DNA of 64,000 bases from Fidelibacterota bacterium (GCA_021734065.1 JAIPJQ010000002.1:2136-66135); one strand, 5' to 3'. Numbered from the stretch's first letter, positions 16,613 to 27,840 are shown. Numbers and translations are program-made. Notes: generated by a model from the sequence alone, not told the origin.

Positions 16613-18466
16613 TCATGGCGCCATCCCCACTTGTGCTTCATTCGAACTCCGCCACCAGCTCACATTATTATACCCGGGACGTATGGGAATCCATTTTACA
16701 TCCTTAAATGCCCTATCATAAGCTCCGGGATCCCGCTGGTAGAACATGAAGGTGTAAGGCTGTTCCTCGTGGAGAATTTCCTGAAAGCGCCGATACATGC
16801 TGTCCCGCTTTGCTGCATTCATCTCATACCGGGCCGCCATGATCAACGAATCGGCTTCCGCATCCCTGAAGCCGATATAATTTGAACCCCGGTTCCCAAT
16901 GTTTTCCGAATGCCAGATCTGATAAGGATCAGACTGGAGCCCGCCAATCCAAAGCAGCATCACACAATCAAACTGCCGGTCACGGAGATTTTCAACATAA
17001 ACCGACCATTCCAACTGGCGGATTCCCACGACAATACCGATTTTCTGTAAATCTTCCTTCATCATGAGCGCCAGTAGCTTGGAGCCGCGGGAGCCGGCTG
17101 ATACGGAAAATATGAATTTGAAGGGAACACCGTCCTTATCACGAATACCGTCTCCGTCATGGTCAGTCCAACCGGCTTCGTCCAGTAATTCAACTGCCCG
17201 CTCAGGATCATAGGGCCAACGGGGAATTGTATCATTGTACTGCGGACTGAAGGGATAGAAGGGACCGATGGTGGGAATACCCAGATCATAGCCGATGTAC
17301 TTGTTGTAGGCATCCCGGTCGATGAGCATGGTCATGGCCTGTCGTACCCGCTTATCCCGGAAATAGGGCCGGTCATTATTCCACCCCACGTAACTGTAGG
17401 CCGGCACCACAAAGGTGACCTTCTGGAATTTCTGTAGAAAATCGGGTGTATTCGTCTGCTCGAAATACTGGATCGCCCGCATCCGTGGCAGAAAATCCAC
17501 ATCTCCTGCTTTCAATGCCGTGAGCATGGCAGTTGCATCACTGATGGACTTCACGATAATGGTATCCAGATATCCTGCTGCTTCGGCAAATCCGGGAATA
17601 TGGGGTTTCTCCGTGTTCCAGTAGTTTTTATTGCGGACCATCATCATGTACTCACCGGTAATCCAACGGTGAAATTTGTAGGCACCGCTTCCGATCAACT
17701 TCTCCGCATCCATTCCCGCCGGCCGATTCAACGGATTGGTATTGAAGGTGTCTGCCCACTCTTTGATGTCTGATTCATTGGTAAATACTTGCGGGTTTTT
17801 CAGGTCTTCGATACCGAACCGGTCCAGCATCCCGTCAGGGTCCCACTGGTGCTTGGGTAGTATCGCAAATCCGCCCATAAACTCAAGGTTCAGGAAGTAG
17901 GTGTCAGATGTGCGGATGATGAAGGTGTACTTATCCGGGGTTCTGGCTTCCACCACATTTCTGTAGTAGGCACGTAACGGCGCGTCATCAACATAAGGAT
18001 TCATAATCGCCTTCAGGGAAAAAAGAACATCTTCAGACGTAAGCGGTTTCCCATCATGCCAGGTGATATTCTCGTGGAGATGGAAGGTGTATGTTTTTTG
18101 GTCTTCGGAAATCTCGAAACTTTTTGCCAAAATGGGCCGATCATATTCCCAGGTGGTGTAATCGTAATTTACCAGCGGTTCATAGATATAATCTAAAAAT
18201 CGCTTGGCTGCTGCTGAAGTGGATGTGTAATAATTCAAATTTTCCGGTTCAGCAGACTCCGCCTTGATCAACGTCCCTCCCCGGCGTGGCGTTTCATCCG
18301 TTGGTGAGGAATTGAAGATTTTCACATCACCGGTGAGATCGACCTTCAAACCACCAGCTTGCCCTAAGATTTCATCATAATTACCGGGAGATTCCGTATG
18401 GATGAGATTGGTGAATAAAATCAGCAGTAACAGAACAGCGAGTTGTATCAGGATTGAGCGCTTCAT
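16613..18466 (-). CDS. oppA: ABC transporter substrate-binding protein, family 5 (OppA-like)
   Basis: 617 aa. Signal peptide MKRSILIQLAVLLLLILF. Size and position upstream of oppBC fit an OppA-type binding protein. Confidence 0.75.
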   Translation of the reverse strand: MKRSILIQLAVLLLLILFTNLIHTESPGNYDEILGQAGGLKVDLTGDVKIFNSSPTDETPRRGGTLIKAESAEPENLNYYTSTSAAAKRFLDYIYEPLVNYDYTTWEYDRPILAKSFEISEDQKTYTFHLHENITWHDGKPLTSEDVLFSLKAIMNPYVDDAPLRAYYRNVVEARTPDKYTFIIRTSDTYFLNLEFMGGFAILPKHQWDPDGMLDRFGIEDLKNPQVFTNESDIKEWADTFNTNPLNRPAGMDAEKLIGSGAYKFHRWITGEYMMMVRNKNYWNTEKPHIPGFAEAAGYLDTIIVKSISDATAMLTALKAGDVDFLPRMRAIQYFEQTNTPDFLQKFQKVTFVVPAYSYVGWNNDRPYFRDKRVRQAMTMLIDRDAYNKYIGYDLGIPTIGPFYPFSPQYNDTIPRWPYDPERAVELLDEAGWTDHDGDGIRDKDGVPFKFIFSVSAGSRGSKLLALMMKEDLQKIGIVVGIRQLEWSVYVENLRDRQFDCVMLLWIGGLQSDPYQIWHSENIGNRGSNYIGFRDAEADSLIMAARYEMNAAKRDSMYRRFQEILHEEQPYTFMFYQRDPGAYDRAFKDVKWIPIRPGYNNVSWWRSSNEAQVGMAP

Positions 18467-18477
18467 TATCCTTCAAT

Positions 18478-19314
18478 TCACGTGAGAAAGAAATATTTGA
18501 TATAAAAATAACTCAGAGGCACAGCGAAAAGCAGCGAATCCAGACGGTCCCAGGCACCCCCGTGCCCCGGAATCAGATTGGAGGAGTCTTTCACGCCCAC
18601 ATCCCGCTTCACCATGGATTCTGCGAAGTCCCCTACCTGCCCGAAAACACCGGCGATGATTCCCAGAATCAGAATGTCGGTGAAAGATAACTGCGGTATA
18701 AAACCCGAGATTACAAGTATGAACACCGTAAGAACCGCACCGACCAGGCCGGCCAGTGAACCTTCCCAGGATTTATTGGGGCTCACGCGGGAAAAAATCT
18801 TGTGCTTCCCGAATGCCGAACCAATGAGATAGGCAAGCATATCGCAAATCCAGACACTGAGAAACACCATCAGCACCAACCGTCCACCAAAACCACCCCA
18901 TTCCGTAAAATCGGGAGATTCCATGTTTCGCAGGAGGACGAATGTGGCCATCACCAGCCCCACAAAAACTGCACTCAAAAAGGTTACTGCCATATTTTCC
19001 AGAACGCGGTGAGCTTTGCGGAAAAGTTCTACAATAAACAGACCCACAACGGACAAATAGAGCAGCGCCGAAAAATCGGCATGGCCACCTCCCAACACGA
19101 CCACAAGCAGTGCCAGGTAAATGGCAAATCCCAAAATGACATTGGGACTTAAATCTTGCTTCTTCATGAGAGCGAAGATTTCATTCAGAACCAGTCCCCC
19201 GGCAATTATAAAGAAGATAGCGAAAGGCCATATGGTGAATAATGTGAGCGCTGCCAGCGCGGGAATGCCTAAAACAGTAACAATGGTGCGTATTTTAAAG
19301 TTCTGGAGCGTCAT
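18478..19314 (-). CDS. cdsA: Phosphatidate cytidylyltransferase
   Basis: 278 aa, multi-pass. Conserved RVSPNKSWEGSLAG signature. Confidence 0.8.
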   Translation of the reverse strand: MTLQNFKIRTIVTVLGIPALAALTLFTIWPFAIFFIIAGGLVLNEIFALMKKQDLSPNVILGFAIYLALLVVVLGGGHADFSALLYLSVVGLFIVELFRKAHRVLENMAVTFLSAVFVGLVMATFVLLRNMESPDFTEWGGFGGRLVLMVFLSVWICDMLAYLIGSAFGKHKIFSRVSPNKSWEGSLAGLVGAVLTVFILVISGFIPQLSFTDILILGIIAGVFGQVGDFAESMVKRDVGVKDSSNLIPGHGGAWDRLDSLLFAVPLSYFYIKYFFLT

Positions 19315-19449
19315 GGGTACGGCGGCAAACTTATCCTATCCCCCTCCTTGTTACAACAGCTTTTGATGAGCCTAACCCGCTACCAGGCTTGATTTTGGGG
19401 AAAAATTCGCCACTGGTATTTGATCCTAAAGGGCAAGCTAAAAATCACA

Positions 19450-21429
19450 CTATTTTTCTTCTGGTTTATCCGGGTCCCGGTCACGCCTGCCGTCTTGAAC
19501 CTCATCCCTCCCCGTGGGTAATTCTTCCGTTTGCGCATCGGTCTCGGCTTCCACTGCCGTTTCCTGGTCCGTAAGGATATCCAGCCGATCCCGGGCAATG
19601 TCCGCCCACTCTGATTGGGGATATTCCTTGCTGAAAGTCTGGTAATAGGAAACGGCCTGCTCCTGATCCAACAGATAGTGGTCATAAACCCAACCCAGAT
19701 TAAAGAGCGATCGTTCCCGCAAGGGGGAATCTTTGGTTTGAGTGGAATCTGCCACAATTTGTTCGTACAACTGAACGGCAGTTGTTCGATCGTTGTTTAG
19801 AAAGGCTTGTTCAGCTTCCTGAAATCGAGCCTCACTGATCAAATTCTGCCGGGGTTGCTGGTTCATCTCGAAAAATCTTTCGTAGGCAGCAGGGTATTCT
19901 GACTTGATATGGTCTCTCACAGCCGCAGCCCGGTCAGAATCCCCCTGAATCTCCGCAGCCAGATAATACTGCATGTATGCCGCCTGGGCTTTTAATGCCG
20001 TATCAGGCGACGATTCCTCAATGGCGGTGAGGAGCGTACGCGTTGAGTCATAGAACTGAAATCCAAACACAAAGTGTTCCGCCAGTTCGTACCGGTTTTG
20101 CATCATCCGTTCCACGATCTGCAACGAATCTTCCCGGGTGATTGTGGATGAACCGGTGGAATCCGTGCCAGCAATGTCTAGTGTGTCCGGATCGGATTCA
20201 GCGGGTTGGTCCGCATTGTCCGGCTCACCGCGATCGGCATCTGGGCGTCCGTGTGGCCGGCGTTGGGGTGTGGATCGTCCCGGGCTCTTAGGCGTATTAC
20301 GATTGGGTTGGGGTTTTGCCTCCGGCGGTAACCCCGCCAGCTCCCGCTCCAGATTATGATAGGCGAACTGCAAATCCTGATAGCGTTGAATCTGCTGCTT
20401 CCGTTGATCCGATAGAGCCATGTACGCTGATTTGCGGTCATGATAGGAGACGTTCCCAAATGCTTCCACTGCTTCATTGTACTGGTGAAATTGATTCAGG
20501 TAGAGTTCACCCAGCCAGTACGCGGCTTCGGCAGCGTAAGGTTTCAACCGGTAATCCTCCATTACCTGCTCAAAGGTAGCAATGGCGTCATTGCTCCAAC
20601 CTTCCTCATAATAAGCCTTGCCAAGCTCCACCTGTAATTGTCCCTGGATGTCATCAAATTTCTCATCCTCCAACATCTGCTGGATCATCTCAATTGCCAC
20701 ACTGCCCCGCCCCAATTTCTGGAGCATACGGTTCTGATTGATGATTGCTTGGATCTTCAGGCTTTCGTTGGGATTGTAGCGATTCACACGCTGGAATGCC
20801 TGCAACGCCTCTTCATGCTCACCGGACGCCGCCAACAGATTCCCGATCTGAAACTGTGCCCGGGCACGAATTTCCCCGTCGCGTGATTCAGAGATGACCC
20901 GTTCCAGATAATTTTTGGCTACCGTCAGACTGTCTTCAGAAAGAGCGATTTGCCCCAGCAGGAGATAGCTCTCCACCTGTAATCGTGAAGCGGTGGATTT
21001 CTCCATAGTGCGTCGCGCTTCATGCTTGGCCATGGCCAGATCACCCTGCTTCATGAGACACCGGCCAAGCCAGAGGGGTACTTCAGCAGCAAAGGGTGAG
21101 TCGGGAAACTGCTTGGGTAATTCCTCCAAATAGCGCCGCGCCAGACGATAATCCTGCCGGTAATAATACGACTTGGCGATGATAAACTGGGCATCATCCC
21201 GATATTTGCTGTCAGGGAACTTGGTGAGCAATCGTTTGGATTTGTCGATGGCTTTGGCGTAAAGTTGAATTTCCTCCCGGCTGATCTGGTCCGTTTGATT
21301 CATCTCCGTAGATTTCTGTGCCTCGGCATAATAGGATTTGGCGTTGTAAAATGTGTTGTAATAGGCACAACCGTTGAAGAAAACGGCCATGAGCAATGTG
21401 AGTTCACTGAATTTAAGCCAGCGCTGCAT
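19450..21429 (-). CDS. Tetratricopeptide-repeat lipoprotein with a Pro/Arg/Asp-rich low-complexity segment
   Basis: TPR-like repeats throughout. Lipobox LLMAVFFNGC follows the ATG at 21429. The track's 5' extension to 21528 is rejected. Confidence 0.6.
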   Translation of the reverse strand: MQRWLKFSELTLLMAVFFNGCAYYNTFYNAKSYYAEAQKSTEMNQTDQISREEIQLYAKAIDKSKRLLTKFPDSKYRDDAQFIIAKSYYYRQDYRLARRYLEELPKQFPDSPFAAEVPLWLGRCLMKQGDLAMAKHEARRTMEKSTASRLQVESYLLLGQIALSEDSLTVAKNYLERVISESRDGEIRARAQFQIGNLLAASGEHEEALQAFQRVNRYNPNESLKIQAIINQNRMLQKLGRGSVAIEMIQQMLEDEKFDDIQGQLQVELGKAYYEEGWSNDAIATFEQVMEDYRLKPYAAEAAYWLGELYLNQFHQYNEAVEAFGNVSYHDRKSAYMALSDQRKQQIQRYQDLQFAYHNLERELAGLPPEAKPQPNRNTPKSPGRSTPQRRPHGRPDADRGEPDNADQPAESDPDTLDIAGTDSTGSSTITREDSLQIVERMMQNRYELAEHFVFGFQFYDSTRTLLTAIEESSPDTALKAQAAYMQYYLAAEIQGDSDRAAAVRDHIKSEYPAAYERFFEMNQQPRQNLISEARFQEAEQAFLNNDRTTAVQLYEQIVADSTQTKDSPLRERSLFNLGWVYDHYLLDQEQAVSYYQTFSKEYPQSEWADIARDRLDILTDQETAVEAETDAQTEELPTGRDEVQDGRRDRDPDKPEEK

Positions 21430-22162
21430 AAAGCTCCTCAAATAGTTGGGGCAACACCACACCGGAGGGTGCATGCATAGCCAGATCCGCGTGGGAGGTA
21501 AAAGGGGTTTGATCAGGATTAATTTCAATCACCACAGCACCGTTATTCCTGGCATCGAATGGAATTTGAGCGGCGGGATAAACCGCTGTAGACGAACCAA
21601 TCGTAAACAATACATCAACCTGCTGGACCTGCGTCATTGCGTCACTTAATGTCTGCACGGGGAGCGATTCACCAAACCACACCACGCCCGGACGCGCCAG
21701 GCCACCACAATCACACCGGGGAATTCCTTCCTTCGCGGGATCAAAAATCATCGGCACGTCCATTTCCTGCCTGCATTCCAGACAGCGGGTGATGAAAATA
21801 TTTCCGTGCAGTTCATAAATGTTCTGATTTCCGGCCTGTTTATGGAGCCCATCCACATTCTGCGTTATTACACAGGAATCGGGAAAAAGTTTCTGGAATT
21901 TGGTAATGGATGCATGACCCGGATTGGGTTTCACCGACATAATTTTTTCGCGACGGTAGAGGTACCAGTTCCACACCAATTCCGGATCAGCCTCAAATCC
22001 CTGCACACTGGCCAGCCGCATGGGGTCATACTTTGACCAGTAGCCGTCCTTGTCCCGAAATGTGGGGATCCCGCTCTCGGCAGAAATACCCGCACCGGTA
22101 AAAAACGCTATTCGGGTTTCAGGGGTGAATCGGCGGAGCAAATGGTCGGGTAGATTGGGCAT
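21413..22162 (-). CDS. cobB: NAD-dependent protein deacylase (Sir2 family)
   Basis: FFTGAGISAESGIPTFRD, catalytic His, and zinc ribbon CxxC...CxC. Confidence 0.85.
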   Translation of the reverse strand: MPNLPDHLLRRFTPETRIAFFTGAGISAESGIPTFRDKDGYWSKYDPMRLASVQGFEADPELVWNWYLYRREKIMSVKPNPGHASITKFQKLFPDSCVITQNVDGLHKQAGNQNIYELHGNIFITRCLECRQEMDVPMIFDPAKEGIPRCDCGGLARPGVVWFGESLPVQTLSDAMTQVQQVDVLFTIGSSTAVYPAAQIPFDARNNGAVVIEINPDQTPFTSHADLAMHAPSGVVLPQLFEELYAALA

Positions 22163-22215
22163 GGTGAATTAATATAGGCGGTTGCGGCCGCTTCCCAAAG
22201 ATTGGTATCTGTTCA

Positions 22216-22845
22216 TCACTCCTCCGCACGACCGATTTTTCCAAGTACCGGAACGATCTGGGAGGAAGCGTACCCCTGTCGCAGCAGATAATTCCAAATA
22301 CGCTGGCGCTCCTTGTCTGTGATGGTTGATTTGCCTCTCAGCTTCTTTTCCACCAGTGCAGTGATGGTTTCTTGAATCTGCGTCTGATCAAAGGCTGTCT
22401 CCAGCACGCGCTCAATAATCGCCTTTTCCACACCCTTCAAATACAATTCTTTGCGGATACGCTGCGGCCCCCATCGCTTCAGATTGATCTTGTCCCGGGT
22501 GAAGAGTCGGGCGAACCGCTCATCATTCAGGTAATCTTTAGCCTGCAGGTTTTGAATAACCGCATCGGCAAACTCGCCCAATTGTCTGGCATGGAGCTTT
22601 TGTCGAATTTCACCCTCGCTACGTTCCCGCTGTGCCAGCATACGCATGGCAATTCCCCGGGCTTCGGTAAATCGCACCCGATATTTTATCTCGTTACGAA
22701 GCGCATCCGGGAGCGGCATATCCTGATGGAGTTTTAATTCGGTAACAATCTCAATCGGCACGGTCTCCCACAGCATCCCATCGACGAACAATTCCACGTT
22801 ATAGGGCGGTTTGGGGAGTGTATGGAGTTTGGTAATGACAGACAT
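22216..22845 (-). CDS. recX: Regulatory protein RecX
   Basis: 209 aa, helical repeat protein lying immediately downstream of recA. Confidence 0.7.
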   Translation of the reverse strand: MSVITKLHTLPKPPYNVELFVDGMLWETVPIEIVTELKLHQDMPLPDALRNEIKYRVRFTEARGIAMRMLAQRERSEGEIRQKLHARQLGEFADAVIQNLQAKDYLNDERFARLFTRDKINLKRWGPQRIRKELYLKGVEKAIIERVLETAFDQTQIQETITALVEKKLRGKSTITDKERQRIWNYLLRQGYASSQIVPVLGKIGRAEE

Positions 22846-22935
22846 GCGATTCTAAATGACAAACACGGCCAAAAAGCAGTCAACTCCTTCCTGACCGTGT
22901 TCCACATGGTTTACCTCCAGGGGCATGACGAGGGC

Positions 22936-24009
22936 TTATTTTTTTCCGGCAGCACTCTCCGGTGCTTTCTCGTCTTCTTCAGCAGCCTCCGGTGCTTCAT
23001 CCAGCATTCCCAGAAAACCCTTCACTTCATGTTCCAGTTTTTCCAGAATTTCCGGATTATCCTTTAAAAACGCCTTCACATTCTCGCGGCCCTGTCCCAG
23101 GCGCTCTTCACCGTAGCTGAACCAGGATCCGCTTTTCTGAACGATATTGGCATTCAAAGCCACATCCAGCAGGTCACCTTCGTAGGAGATGCCCACGCCA
23201 AACATAATGTCAAATTCGGTTTCCCGGAACGGCGGCGCCAGTTTGTTCTTCACCACTTTTACACGCACGCGATTGCCCACATTATCGGTGCCCTCTTTCA
23301 CCTGACCAATGCGGCGAATATCGAGACGGACAGAGGTGTAGAATTTGAGTGCGCGACCACCGGATGTTGTTTCCGGACTGCCAAACATGACGCCCACCTT
23401 CTCCCGCAGCTGGTTGATAAAAATAACGCTGGTATGGGAGCGACTCACCGAACCGGTGAGCTTCCGCAGCGCCTGAGACATTAAGCGCGCCTGCAGTCCC
23501 ACATGGGAATCGCCCATCTCCCCTTCCAATTCAGCCCGGGGTACCAATGCCGCCACCGAGTCGATGATGATAATGTCCAGTGCATTACTGCGCACCAAAG
23601 TGTCGGTTATTTCCAGTGCCTGCTCCCCGGAATCGGGCTGAGATATGAGCAGATTTTTAATGTCCACACCCAAATTGCGGGCGTAGTTGGGATCCAATGC
23701 ATGTTCGGCATCAATGAAGGCTGCGTAACCGCCATTTTTTTGAGCATTGGCGATCAGGTGGAGCGTGAGGGTGGTTTTACCGGACGCTTCAGGGCCGTAA
23801 ATTTCACAAACTCGTCCACGGGGAATGCCACCGATCCCTAAAGCGGCATCCAGCGACAAAGCGCCGGTGGAAATCGTACCGATTTTTACCCGGGAGTCCT
23901 TGTCCCCCATACGCATGATGGCGCCTTTTCCATATTGCCGCTCAATCTGAGAGGTGGCCAGATCCAGGGCTTTCGTTTTTTCATTATTTTGGTTATTCGC
24001 AGCGCTCAT
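22936..24009 (-). CDS. recA: Recombinase RecA
   Basis: [13 protein letters not shown] Walker A. Full-length RecA similarity. Confidence 0.95.
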   Translation of the reverse strand: MSAANNQNNEKTKALDLATSQIERQYGKGAIMRMGDKDSRVKIGTISTGALSLDAALGIGGIPRGRVCEIYGPEASGKTTLTLHLIANAQKNGGYAAFIDAEHALDPNYARNLGVDIKNLLISQPDSGEQALEITDTLVRSNALDIIIIDSVAALVPRAELEGEMGDSHVGLQARLMSQALRKLTGSVSRSHTSVIFINQLREKVGVMFGSPETTSGGRALKFYTSVRLDIRRIGQVKEGTDNVGNRVRVKVVKNKLAPPFRETEFDIMFGVGISYEGDLLDVALNANIVQKSGSWFSYGEERLGQGRENVKAFLKDNPEILEKLEHEVKGFLGMLDEAPEAAEEDEKAPESAAGKK

Positions 24010-24590
24010 GCCGAACCTCCCTTATTCAGGTTATATACTTTCAATGTTGAATACTCCGCACCAGATGGCTGCAATATACTGCGGTACCAGTTCACCGAAT
24101 GAACCTGCCATTCCAATGGCGGTAACACCGTGGATAACAGGCTGTGCAATAGCTCTGATGCTGGTTTAAGAAACTTGACCCGACCCAGAGTAATGTGCGG
24201 AACAAAGTGGCGACGGTCAACATCAAATCCTGCGGTCATCACGATCTCATCAATCTGCTTTTTCAATGCCGTCAGACTCAGACTTTCATCTGCTACGCCC
24301 GCCCACAGCACACGGGGATGATTGGCGTGGGGAAACACGCCGGTTTCATTGAGGGCTAACTGAAAAGGAATGAAATCCTCGCAGATGCGCTGGATTTTCG
24401 GACTTAACGCTTCAAGCACGTCCTGCCGGGTACCACCTAAAAATGTGAGGGTGAGATGGGAAGCTTTCAAATCCGTCCATTTAATGCGTCCGGGCAGGGA
24501 TTTAAGCCGCTCCTGAAGCTCCGTCAGATACGCACTCGCTGCCGCCCCGATCTCCACACCGATAAAGGTTCGCATGAGGTCGTCGTTCAT
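24006..24590 (-). CDS. thpR: RNA 2',3'-cyclic phosphodiesterase (2H phosphoesterase, LigT/ThpR)
   Basis: Two H-x-T-x motifs: HLTLTFLG and HITLGR. Confidence 0.75.
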   Translation of the reverse strand: MNDDLMRTFIGVEIGAAASAYLTELQERLKSLPGRIKWTDLKASHLTLTFLGGTRQDVLEALSPKIQRICEDFIPFQLALNETGVFPHANHPRVLWAGVADESLSLTALKKQIDEIVMTAGFDVDRRHFVPHITLGRVKFLKPASELLHSLLSTVLPPLEWQVHSVNWYRSILQPSGAEYSTLKVYNLNKGGSA

Positions 24591-25834
24591 CGTTTCAAAT
24601 CCGCCAGAAGTTTAATGCGTAATAAATTCAACGCCGCCATGGCCGTCATCTCTTTGTTCAATATGCGGTCCCGGCCAAATTGGAACCGCTTTACAACCAA
24701 ATCATTTTTTCGCCCTGCCCCGATGTACACCAGACCAACCGGCTTTTCAGCCGTACCACCGGTGGGTCCGGCGATTCCCGACACAGCCACTGCGTATTCG
24801 GCTCCCGCTGCCTTGAGTGCGCCATTCAGCATAGCCTTTACCGTGGCTTCGCTCACCGCTCCTTCAGTCTCCAGAACCTCCAGCGGCACGCCAAGCACCG
24901 CATGCTTTACACGATTTGCATAGGTAACATAGCCTGCTTCAAAATAATCACTGCTACCACTCACATCCGTAAGCATGCTGGCAATCAAACCACCGGTACA
25001 GCTTTCGGCAGTAGCCACCCGGGACTCAAGTTCCCGTAATAAATCCCCAACTACTTTCGGAAGTGTATCATCATCAATACCATAAACAGCCTCGGGAAGC
25101 AATTGCCTCACATTGGATATAATCAAATCTAACTGCGACCGGGCTGTTGATACATCCTCCGAAACCAGTGACAGGCGAATGGTCACGCCGGTATGTTTTG
25201 GCAGATAGGCGACTTTCAGATTGGGATGATCCAGAAAAACAGAGTGGATGGATTCATAGAGTCTGGATTCCGGTACGCCGGTGGTGTGTAGGTTTATCCG
25301 TACCATGCGGGTGGAAGTGCGGTCTTTTAAGCGGGGTAGAATTTCTTCCCGCATGATCGCCTGCATTTCGCGGGGGACGCCCGGCATGGAATAAACCACC
25401 TTCTCTCCCACCTGAAATGCCATACCTTGAGCCGATCCGGCAGAATTATTCAGCAATTCTGCGTTTGCCGGATACTCTGCCTGATTCCTGTTGATTTTGG
25501 GGAGCTTATATCCGCGTCGTTCAAATCGTCGCTTGATTTTTTCCAGAATTTCCGGGTATAACTTCAGGTCAACCTGGAAGTAATTGCACAATGCCTTTTT
25601 GGTCATGTCGTCATGGGTGGGTCCCAAGCCGCCGGTGAGTGTGACCACATCGGCCCGGCTCAATGCCCGCTCCAACGCATCTTTAATGTCATCCAGATCG
25701 TCGCCCACAATTGTCTGCCAGCGGGTCACGATGCCCAGCGCTTCTAATTCCTGTGCAATGAATACGCTATTTGTGTTCAGCGTGAGACCTGAAAGCAGTT
25801 CGTCACCAATGCCGATCGTTTCCGCCAATATCAT
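24587..25834 (-). CDS. cinA: CinA (competence/damage-inducible protein; MoCF-binding domain plus NMN deamidase domain)
   Basis: N-terminus MILAETIGIGDELLSGLTLNTN...LTGGLGPTHDD. 415 aa. Confidence 0.85.
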   Translation of the reverse strand: MILAETIGIGDELLSGLTLNTNSVFIAQELEALGIVTRWQTIVGDDLDDIKDALERALSRADVVTLTGGLGPTHDDMTKKALCNYFQVDLKLYPEILEKIKRRFERRGYKLPKINRNQAEYPANAELLNNSAGSAQGMAFQVGEKVVYSMPGVPREMQAIMREEILPRLKDRTSTRMVRINLHTTGVPESRLYESIHSVFLDHPNLKVAYLPKHTGVTIRLSLVSEDVSTARSQLDLIISNVRQLLPEAVYGIDDDTLPKVVGDLLRELESRVATAESCTGGLIASMLTDVSGSSDYFEAGYVTYANRVKHAVLGVPLEVLETEGAVSEATVKAMLNGALKAAGAEYAVAVSGIAGPTGGTAEKPVGLVYIGAGRKNDLVVKRFQFGRDRILNKEMTAMAALNLLRIKLLADLKR

Positions 25835-26289
25835 AATATTACAGTGTAAAGTTGAATGAGAATAAATGTGGCAATACCAGCCAGAATATCATCCGCCATG
25901 ACGCCCCACCCGCCTGGCCACGCCTGGATGCTGTCAATCCACAATGGTTTCCAGATATCGAACATTCGAAACAACACAAAGGCCGCCAGCCAGAATCCCC
26001 AATGAGGCGGGACAAGTAACAGTGCAATCCACTGCCCCACAAATTCATCAATCACCACTTCAGAAGGGTCCTCCACACCGGTGGATTTGGCATACGCTTC
26101 AGACGAAAGGGTCCCCAGCCAGGTGAGTAGGAAAATGACCGCCAGTGTCCAGCCTAAAGAAATCTTCAAAATCACATGCCACAGCACCACAAACAGCAGT
26201 CCTACCAGACTGCCGGCCGTCCCCGGAGCGACAGGAAAGCGCCCCACATATCCAACCGTGCTGATGAATTCAGCCAGTGATTTGTTCAT
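25831..26289 (-). CDS. pgpA: Phosphatidylglycerophosphatase A
   Basis: 152 aa with PGTAGSL, VIDEFVGQ and FRMFDIWKP motifs. Confidence 0.75.
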   Translation of the reverse strand: MNKSLAEFISTVGYVGRFPVAPGTAGSLVGLLFVVLWHVILKISLGWTLAVIFLLTWLGTLSSEAYAKSTGVEDPSEVVIDEFVGQWIALLLVPPHWGFWLAAFVLFRMFDIWKPLWIDSIQAWPGGWGVMADDILAGIATFILIQLYTVIL

Positions 26290-26876
26290 TGACTGAGAAG
26301 CTCTTTTAATGGTTTACGATTCACCCAAAAATAATGGAACCCTGTATAGGCGGTGATTATGCCAGTGAGGGTAAATATACCAATAACCACTGACCATTCC
26401 TCCAGCCATTGAACCAGACTTTCAAGCTGTTGCCATTGGCCCATCAAAATGATGACCAGACCCACATACATGGAGATGTATTGAAAGGTGGTTTTCCATT
26501 TGGCCACACGACTGGTTTCCATCGAATGTCCCTGATTCAGCATTCCCCAGCGTAAAAGTGTCACCGCGGCATCCCGGAACACCACCACGCCGGTGATCCA
26601 GACCGGAACGATTTCCAGAATGTTCAGCGTGATGAATGTGCCATTCACCAAAATCTTATCCGCCAGCGGGTCCATGAACTGACCAAATTCACTTACCACC
26701 TCCAGACGCCGGGCGATGATGCCATCAAACAGATCAGAGAGGGAGGCCAGCAGGAAGAGGATAAACGCGGTGAGATGGATATAAAAATTCCCGAAACCCA
26801 ATAAAAACCAGATGATAATGGGCGTGGCCACGATTCGAAAAATGGTCAGCATGTTTGGTATAGCCCGGCGAATCAT
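26286..26876 (-). CDS. pgsA: CDP-diacylglycerol--glycerol-3-phosphate 3-phosphatidyltransferase
   Basis: CDP-alcohol phosphatidyltransferase motif DLFDGIIARRLEVVSEFGQFMDPLADK. Confidence 0.85.
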   Translation of the reverse strand: MIRRAIPNMLTIFRIVATPIIIWFLLGFGNFYIHLTAFILFLLASLSDLFDGIIARRLEVVSEFGQFMDPLADKILVNGTFITLNILEIVPVWITGVVVFRDAAVTLLRWGMLNQGHSMETSRVAKWKTTFQYISMYVGLVIILMGQWQQLESLVQWLEEWSVVIGIFTLTGIITAYTGFHYFWVNRKPLKELLSQ

Positions 26877-27466
26877 AGGGGATTTCTTTCCTCCAGTGCG
26901 CGTCCCAAGGTGGCTTCGTCAATATACTCCAGATCGCCTCCCATGGGCACCCCCCTTGCCAGTCGTGTCATTTTTATCGGTCGCTCACGCAGTAAACGCG
27001 CCAGATACAGGGCTGTTGTTTCACCTTCAACGCTGGGATTCAGTGCAAGAATTACCTCGTCCACTGCATCGAGCCGTTGGATGAAGGATTCAATATTCAA
27101 CTGGTCCGGGCCAACTCCTTCCAGGGGAGAGAGAATCCCACCCAGAATATGATACTTTCCCCGGTACCGTCCGGTGCGCTCAATAGCCACCACATCCATG
27201 GTATCTTCCACCACGCAAATGACACTGCTATCCCGATTCGGATGGGCGCAAATAGGACAGGGATCAGTTTCTGCTATCAATCCACAGATACTGCATGTCC
27301 CGATTTTATCCACACTGGCTTTGATTAACTCGCCCAGACGGCGCACATCATCCGCCGGCCATTTCAGCAGATCGAACGCCATTCGCTGGGCAGTTTTCTT
27401 CCCAATTCCAGGGAACCGCGATAATTGTTCGGTTATAAGTTCCAGTGTTTCAGGAAGCAGCTTCAT
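26873..27466 (-). CDS. recR: Recombination protein RecR
   Basis: HhH segment FPGIGKKTAQR, C4 zinc finger CxxC..CxIC, and a Toprim domain. Confidence 0.9.
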   Translation of the reverse strand: MKLLPETLELITEQLSRFPGIGKKTAQRMAFDLLKWPADDVRRLGELIKASVDKIGTCSICGLIAETDPCPICAHPNRDSSVICVVEDTMDVVAIERTGRYRGKYHILGGILSPLEGVGPDQLNIESFIQRLDAVDEVILALNPSVEGETTALYLARLLRERPIKMTRLARGVPMGGDLEYIDEATLGRALEERNPL

Positions 27467-27469
27467 GAA

Positions 27470-27799
27470 TTACATACCAGGAATTTTCATGCCGGGAGGT
27501 AACATACCACCGGTAATTTTCCCCATGTGCTCCTGGGCGGCCTCCTGGGCATTGGACAGCGCTTGATTCACCGCAGCCAGCACGAGATCTTCAATCATCT
27601 CTTTTTCATCCTGCAGCACTTCCGGGTCAATGGTCACCGCCAGCACTTCCATCTTCGCATTGGCACGAACGGTCACCATGCCACCACCGGCCGTTCCCTC
27701 CACCTCAATATTCACCAGCTCTTCCTGCGCTTCTGCCATCTTCTGTTGCATTTGCTGGGCTTGCTTCATCAAATTGCCCATTCCACCTTTAGGTAACAT
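27470..27799 (-). CDS. ybaB: Nucleoid-associated protein YbaB/EbfC
   Basis: 109 aa. MGNLMKQAQQMQQKMAEAQEEL. Confidence 0.85.
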   Translation of the reverse strand: MLPKGGMGNLMKQAQQMQQKMAEAQEELVNIEVEGTAGGGMVTVRANAKMEVLAVTIDPEVLQDEKEMIEDLVLAAVNQALSNAQEAAQEHMGKITGGMLPPGMKIPGM

Positions 27800-27840
27800 G
27801 GTATCTCCTCTATGCTCTGTAAATATCGTTCATTGGGTTG

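Noticed and set aside
21430-21528. 5' extension of the TPR gene to 21528
   Set aside because: The extension would run through the cobB C-terminus. The internal ATG at 21429 is followed immediately by a lipoprotein signal (LLMAVFFNGC).
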